Part shown: positions 44,839-49,057 of the stretch, piece by piece
How positions within the stretch are numbered: position 1 is the stretch's first letter
Layout of the letters: each line of letters starts with the position of its first letter
Virus record (IMG/VR): IMGVR_UViG_3300043485_000019
Span: 1 to 49,057 of that record
Source: a virus
Taxonomy: Duplodnaviria; Caudoviricetes
Strand: one strand, 5' to 3'
DNA length: 49,057 nucleotides
The notes under the pieces: model-generated
The model's input: the letters and a program-made list of their open reading frames with translations, nothing else
The model's database searches: none
What the model was told of the DNA's origin: nothing
Made by a program: the position numbers and the translations under genes

Positions 44839-45308
44839 TCGCCACCTGCCGTCAGTTCGGGCATCGTGGCGCCCAACGCGATGCGGGTGCGCTCCTTGGC
44901 CTCGTCCGTGGTTTTCACGGTCAGGTACGGATTTCCGGCGTGGAGTTCGATACCAGGAATTGGCTCACCTTCGGGGGTGACAGCGACGCCATTGTCCTTC
45001 GTCCACTTCAGAACCAGCGACACGAATGCCGGCCGGACCGTACGTCGTGTCGTCTCGATGACCTCGTCCGGCCTGTTCGCGGCCACCCACGCGACGAAGG
45101 CCGCTTCATTCGTGACCTTCGGCGTGCGGTTTCCGGACGAGTACGTCACGGTCCCGAGGTCGGTTCCGTCGTCGTCGGCGACTCCGATGCGGTCGCCCTT
45201 GGACATTTCGACAAGGAGCCCTTCCTTGGCCTCATCCTCGTGTCCAGCCAGGAATTCCTTCAATGCCTTGTGGGCGACGACTTGCTTCGCCTGTTCCTTA
45301 CGCGTCAT
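44835..45308 (-). CDS. Phage protein (Gp157/Gam-like recombination accessory)
   Basis: V..EAAF..WV, TPEGE.IPGIE; position beside ERF. Confidence 0.55.
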   Translation of the reverse strand: MTRKEQAKQVVAHKALKEFLAGHEDEAKEGLLVEMSKGDRIGVADDDGTDLGTVTYSSGNRTPKVTNEAAFVAWVAANRPDEVIETTRRTVRPAFVSLVLKWTKDNGVAVTPEGEPIPGIELHAGNPYLTVKTTDEAKERTRIALGATMPELTAGGE

Positions 45309-45657
45309 ATCCGTTACCCCCCAGTGCTATTTCCGCTCGCACGGCGGCGTTGTACGTACGCCCCACATCGATGCGAACCTTGATCGCGTCCGTCCGCCTG
45401 CGAAGGTGGCGGAACATGGCGTCGGCGAGGTCGGCGGCGAGGCGTTGTTCGTGCGTCTCGATCGCCGCCTGGTGTTTCCGGGCGTCCACTGAGCCCGCTG
45501 CACCGAGGAAGGCCCGCGAGTACGCGAGATCTGCCGCGGCGCGCTTCTCCGTCAACTCGTGGTCAACGACCTTGAGTTGCCCCACGGTGGTGTCGAGGTC
45601 GCGGGCGAGCTCGGCCAGGTGTAGGGCGATCTGCGTCGGGTTCAGTGGCTCGGTCAT
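45298..45657 (-). CDS. Coiled-coil recombination-associated protein
   Basis: AYSRAFL.A.GSV..RK..A, ID.GRT..A.VRAE. Confidence 0.65.
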   Translation of the reverse strand: MTEPLNPTQIALHLAELARDLDTTVGQLKVVDHELTEKRAAADLAYSRAFLGAAGSVDARKHQAAIETHEQRLAADLADAMFRHLRRRTDAIKVRIDVGRTYNAAVRAEIALGGNGYDA

Positions 45658-46295
45658 GACTTCCCGAGCAGGTGGTCGAGGTACTTCTGAAGCTCGGGGA
45701 CGCTGGCGGCCAGAAGGTTGCGGTCGCCGGACCACTGCTTGTAGTGGGCGACGACATCGTTGGGCTTCCGGTCGCCGGATGCCTCCTGTACTCGGTTGCG
45801 CATTTCGTTCAGCGGGTTGGCTGGCGGCTCTGGCTGTTCCTCGGTGTACGTGTTGTCGCCGCGGTCGTAGGACTGGGAGTCGGGATCGGGGTCACCGGTC
45901 GGGATGCAAAGGGCTTGAAGTAGCAGGATGCGGTAGGCGACGGACATCGCCTTGGGGGCACCTTTATCGCCGAAGTCCATGGACTCACCGGGAACCTCGG
46001 CGTCCACGTAGTCGCCGGCAGGGCCGAAGAATCGGTACGTGACCCTGACGGTGCACTCCCGCGACGGCTTGCCGGTGGAGGTCAGCACGTCCCGGTAGTG
46101 GGATTCGGTTTTGATGGGCATGGCGATGATGCGGTGTTTGCGGAACAGTGGGCCGACCTTGTTGACGACGGCGTCGATACCACGGAAGTCGTAGCCCTGT
46201 TGCCTGTTCCGGTCGCCTTTGCCGATGGCCTGTACTTCCTCCATGACGGAGGACAGGGCTTCGAGGACGGTCGGCTTGTCGGTCACGATGCCCAC
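45654..46295 (-). CDS. ERF-family ssDNA annealing protein
   Basis: IGK..RN..QGY.FRGID, GE.MD.GDK...KA.SVAYR, IPT..DPD. Confidence 0.9.
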   Translation of the reverse strand: MGIVTDKPTVLEALSSVMEEVQAIGKGDRNRQQGYDFRGIDAVVNKVGPLFRKHRIIAMPIKTESHYRDVLTSTGKPSRECTVRVTYRFFGPAGDYVDAEVPGESMDFGDKGAPKAMSVAYRILLLQALCIPTGDPDPDSQSYDRGDNTYTEEQPEPPANPLNEMRNRVQEASGDRKPNDVVAHYKQWSGDRNLLAASVPELQKYLDHLLGKS

Positions 46296-46603
46296 CTCAC
46301 GGGGTTCAGGTACGGAGGGTTGGCCGCGGGAATTCCAGCGCGCTGCCGCCGCTTGTAGACGGCTGCCGAGGTCAGGTCGAGCCGCTTCGCGATCTGACCG
46401 TCCGTCAACCGCCAGCGGACGCCGAGCGCTACGGCGGCAGTGACCTCCTGGTGTGTGAGCCGGGCCGGTGGGTACCGGCCACGCATCACTCGTTCGATGG
46501 CGATCTCGTCAAGGAGGCCATCGCCGCGGCGGCGAGAAGGGCCGACTTCCTTGTAGCGGCGGTCGTACTGACGCCTGTATTCCTTCGTCGTTGACGGGCT
46601 CAC
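46283..46603 (-). CDS. HTH DNA-binding protein, paralog A
   Basis: DEIAIER...LTHQE..AAV....LTD.QIA.RL.LT..AV..RR.R. Confidence 0.75.
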   Translation of the reverse strand: MSPSTTKEYRRQYDRRYKEVGPSRRRGDGLLDEIAIERVMRGRYPPARLTHQEVTAAVALGVRWRLTDGQIAKRLDLTSAAVYKRRQRAGIPAANPPYLNPVRWAS

Positions 46604-47106
46604 GCCACCACCCCGGATTCGACCGCGGCGATCGCGTCGCCGAGCAGGTCCAGGACGAGTTGCCACATGCGCCGCCGCTGCGGCCAGTGCCGATCGACGT
46701 GGTCATGACAGAAGTAGCTGGTGTGCCAGCCCTCAGGCTCCGGCCAAAGCTCGTGCGGCCGCATCAGTAGCTTCCAGCGCGGCATGGGCAGGCCATCGAC
46801 CCACGCGGCGACCTCGGTGCGACGTGGGTCCGGTCCAATCAGTGTTGTTAGTTCGTCCCACGTGACGACGCGCATCGGCGAGTCGTCTCGCCTGAATCGC
46901 AGGCCGGCCTCGCAGATAACAAAGGCCCAGCCGCCGCCGTAATGCAGGTCGCGCACGTCGCGCGATGCCTTGTAGCTCAGCTGCGTCACGACCTCCAGCG
47001 CATCGGACGCGGCGTCACGCAGGCATGTCAGCGCGTCGAGGTGGCGCTGCTGTTCGGCGCCGAGCACCTGGCCGAACAGGTCGAGCTGGATGGCTGCTGC
47101 GGTCAT
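46600..47106 (-). CDS. Hypothetical protein
   Basis: QLDLFG N-terminus; overlaps on both sides. Confidence 0.7.
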   Translation of the reverse strand: MTAAAIQLDLFGQVLGAEQQRHLDALTCLRDAASDALEVVTQLSYKASRDVRDLHYGGGWAFVICEAGLRFRRDDSPMRVVTWDELTTLIGPDPRRTEVAAWVDGLPMPRWKLLMRPHELWPEPEGWHTSYFCHDHVDRHWPQRRRMWQLVLDLLGDAIAAVESGVVA

Positions 47107-47393
47107 GCCGACACCCACATTTCGGCGCGCGCCGAGCTCAGCCCGGCACGCAGCCGGCGCTTGAACACCGCGCCAGTGGTCAGGTCGAGCCGCCGGCCGA
47201 TCTCCGGATCGGAGAGTCCCCAGCGCATCCCAACGCGCACGGCCGCGGTGACCTCCTCGTGGGTGAGCCGCCTCGGGTCATACGTCCCACGCAGCGCACG
47301 CTCTACGGCGATCTCATCCACGACGCCATCACCTCGGGAACGGATGGGACCGAACTGCCTGTATCGGCGCGTGTATTCGGGAGAGTGACTCAC
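47103..47393 (-). CDS. HTH DNA-binding protein, paralog B
   Basis: DEIAVER...LTHEE..AAV....LSD.EI.RRL.LT..AV..RR.R. Confidence 0.75.
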   Translation of the reverse strand: MSHSPEYTRRYRQFGPIRSRGDGVVDEIAVERALRGTYDPRRLTHEEVTAAVRVGMRWGLSDPEIGRRLDLTTGAVFKRRLRAGLSSARAEMWVSA

Positions 47394-47665
47394 CGCTGGT
47401 CCACCTCCTGCTGCCACGCCTCGAAGTCCGGCGCGACTTTCAGCTCGCTGCACTCCTGCGCCAGCTCGCCGACGACCAGCTCGGCGCGGGCGAGCTGCCG
47501 ACCCCTCCGCGACAGCTCACCGAGCAGCCGGTAGTTCTCGATCTCGGCGTCCGCGCGGCGGCTGTTCATCGCGGTCAGTTGGCCGGCCAGCGTGCGGATT
47601 CGCAGCGTCAGCGACAGGACCGTGCCGACGGCGATAGCGACGACGAACGCGAGAAAGGTGGTCAC
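47390..47665 (-). CDS. Membrane-anchored coiled-coil protein
   Basis: N-terminal TM; GGAGG RBS. Confidence 0.65.
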   Translation of the reverse strand: MTTFLAFVVAIAVGTVLSLTLRIRTLAGQLTAMNSRRADAEIENYRLLGELSRRGRQLARAELVVGELAQECSELKVAPDFEAWQQEVDQR

Positions 47666-47741
47666 GGCGTGACCTCCAGCAGCTTCGCCGCACGCAGGCC
47701 GTTCACAGGCTGCTCACTTTCGTTGTGCTGATGGAGGGAAG

Positions 47742-47770
47742 CCCGGGTGTCGGAAACGCCGACACCCGGG
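47742..47770 (-). terminator. Hairpin, possible terminator
   Basis: 12-bp stem CCCGGGTGTCGG-aaacg-CCGACACCCGGG just after a stop codon; weak U-tract. Confidence 0.55.
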
Positions 47771-47782
47771 GGCTGGCGGGGG

Positions 47783-48202
47783 TTAGTCCGCGACGCGGCG
47801 GATTTCATCCGCCTGCTCGCGCTTTCCATGGATCGCGTAGAACCCCGGGCCTATGCCGTTCGCGCCATGCTCGTCCGTGTGGATCAGTTGCGCGGTCTGG
47901 CCGTTCGGGACATGGATGTAACCAATCCGTACGCCCTCGTCCACCCGCGCCCATTCCACACTGGGGCTGTCGAAACCGGCGTGCAGCCAATGCGTGTTGC
48001 CGGTCGCCTCACCGTGAACAACCTGTACACCGGCTGCGGTGACCGGCTGCCACTTCAGCCCGAGCGGAATGTCGCCGGGAAAGACGAGTAGGTCGCCTTG
48101 GGCTTGGGGACCGGTGAGGACGGGAACTTCCGCGTCGGCGATTAGGTGGTCGGGGACGGAAACGCCGGCGAGAGCCAGGGCGGTTTCGTAGGTGTGTTGC
48201 AC
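47783..48202 (-). CDS. Conserved phage protein partnered with DUF6745
   Basis: QGDL, GEATGNTH.L, H.DEH..IGPG.Y...RE...RRVAD. Confidence 0.8.
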   Translation of the reverse strand: MQHTYETALALAGVSVPDHLIADAEVPVLTGPQAQGDLLVFPGDIPLGLKWQPVTAAGVQVVHGEATGNTHWLHAGFDSPSVEWARVDEGVRIGYIHVPNGQTAQLIHTDEHGANGIGPGFYAIHGKREQADEIRRVAD

Positions 48203-48253
48203 GATTGCTCCTTTTGGGATTTGCGTTGTGATGCAGGAATTTGCGGGAGGTGG

Positions 48254-49057
48254 TCAGGTGCGTCGTTGGAGCGTGGCGTAAACCTCCTTGGGAACTTCGT
48301 ACTGCCATGCGGCAGCAGCGAGTGGGCCAGGAATGTGACCGGGGACGGTCTCGCCGTAGCGGCGGACCTGCCCGTTGCGGTCCGGGCTGCCGTTGGTCAT
48401 CAACAACACTCGGACGGGTTCGTCGAAGATCCGCTGCGGAATGTCGTACAAACTGATCTGGTTCCCGGGGTTTCCTGGATCGTCAACAGTCGGCCCGACC
48501 TGCTGTAGATGGGCATCGGCGATGAACCGGTCCCAGCCGATGCGTTCGATCGCGGCACGTCGGATCTCGCTGTTGGTTTCGCGCATGATCCGGTCGACGT
48601 TCCAGCCGTCCTCAATGAGGTCTGCTGGTACGCGAATACCGTGCCAGTAATGCAATGCCCATCCGTCGCGCCAGGCGACTGCGGGACCGTCTTCGCGGTG
48701 CAGTCGATGGGAGCCCCAACCGGTCGGGCCGACCTGCTCCAAATGCAATTCGACAGGACGTTCGGAGACCATCACGAAGTCACGGAACGGCCACCACCAT
48801 CCCGCTGTCGACGCTTCCTCGTAGGCCCTGCTTCGGTCCCAAAGATCGCCGTCGAGTTCCAGGCCAGCGACATCTCGGAAGAAGGTGTAGAACGCCAGCC
48901 AGTTGCACCACCACTGGCCACCTAACCGGCGATACCAGAGATTCCTAATATCGCCCACCGCGTCGCCCACCGCGTCGCCCACCGCGCCGCGCACCGCGCC
49001 GCGCACCGCGTCGCGCACCGCGCCGCCCACCGCGCCGCCCACCGCGTCGCGCACCGC
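48254..49057 (-). CDS. DUF6745-domain protein (5' truncated by window edge)
   Basis: GWWWP....SERP, LH.EDGPAV.W.DGW....WHG, N.EIRR, N.SP..G..R.Y...VP, QRRT. Confidence 0.85.
   Translation of the reverse strand, partial: AVRDAVGGAVGGAVRDAVRGAVRGAVGDAVGDAVGDIRNLWYRRLGGQWWCNWLAFYTFFRDVAGLELDGDLWDRSRAYEEASTAGWWWPFRDFVMVSERPVELHLEQVGPTGWGSHRLHREDGPAVAWRDGWALHYWHGIRVPADLIEDGWNVDRIMRETNSEIRRAAIERIGWDRFIADAHLQQVGPTVDDPGNPGNQISLYDIPQRIFDEPVRVLLMTNGSPDRNGQVRRYGETVPGHIPGPLAAAAWQYEVPKEVYATLQRRT
48951..49057. repeat. 12-bp coding tandem repeat, AV(G/R)(D/G) tetrapeptides
   Basis: About 9 units of CGC(C/G)CACCGCG(T/C). Confidence 0.85.

Larger units (their letters stand above)
1290..49057 (-). mobile_element. 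Actinobacterial siphovirus-type prophage/phage region (extends beyond right edge)
   Basis: Complete terminase-portal-protease-capsid-tail-lysis gene order plus replication module, with dense ATGA/GTGA gene overlaps. No integrase or att site in the window, so integrated state is not proven. Confidence 0.93.

Noticed and set aside
44230-45492. Long plus-strand ORFs here and at 12397-13626, 17776-18927 and 19142-20110
   Set aside because: Typical high-GC antisense frames opposite well-supported genes, with no motifs.

Overview
High-GC actinobacterial siphovirus-type (HK97-fold) prophage or phage contig, read almost entirely on the minus strand. From right to left it holds: (1) a replication/recombination module (DUF6745 protein, ERF, HNH-like and PD-(D/E)XK nucleases, replication initiator, Toprim primase-helicase, DEDDh exonuclease); (2) a long accessory tract of small overlapping genes with several DUF6221-like paralogs, a SLOG protein and a DUF5565/RLIG1-like RNA ligase; (3) a Ro60/TROVE gene preceded by two tandem Y RNAs, one with a circularly permuted tRNA-like domain; (4) a small plus-strand cassette with its own promoter and operator; (5) HNH, terminases, portal, protease and capsid; (6) an unusual fibre module including a 23 x 20-aa repeat protein; (7) tail genes with a -1 frameshifted chaperone, tape measure and three paralogous tip proteins; (8) a lysis cassette ending at a terminator. 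An XRE/DUF5753 + DUF397 pair lies at the left end. No integrase, repressor or att site is visible. Family names come from motif recognition and synteny, not database searches. Several start codons were moved from the ORF track by eye.
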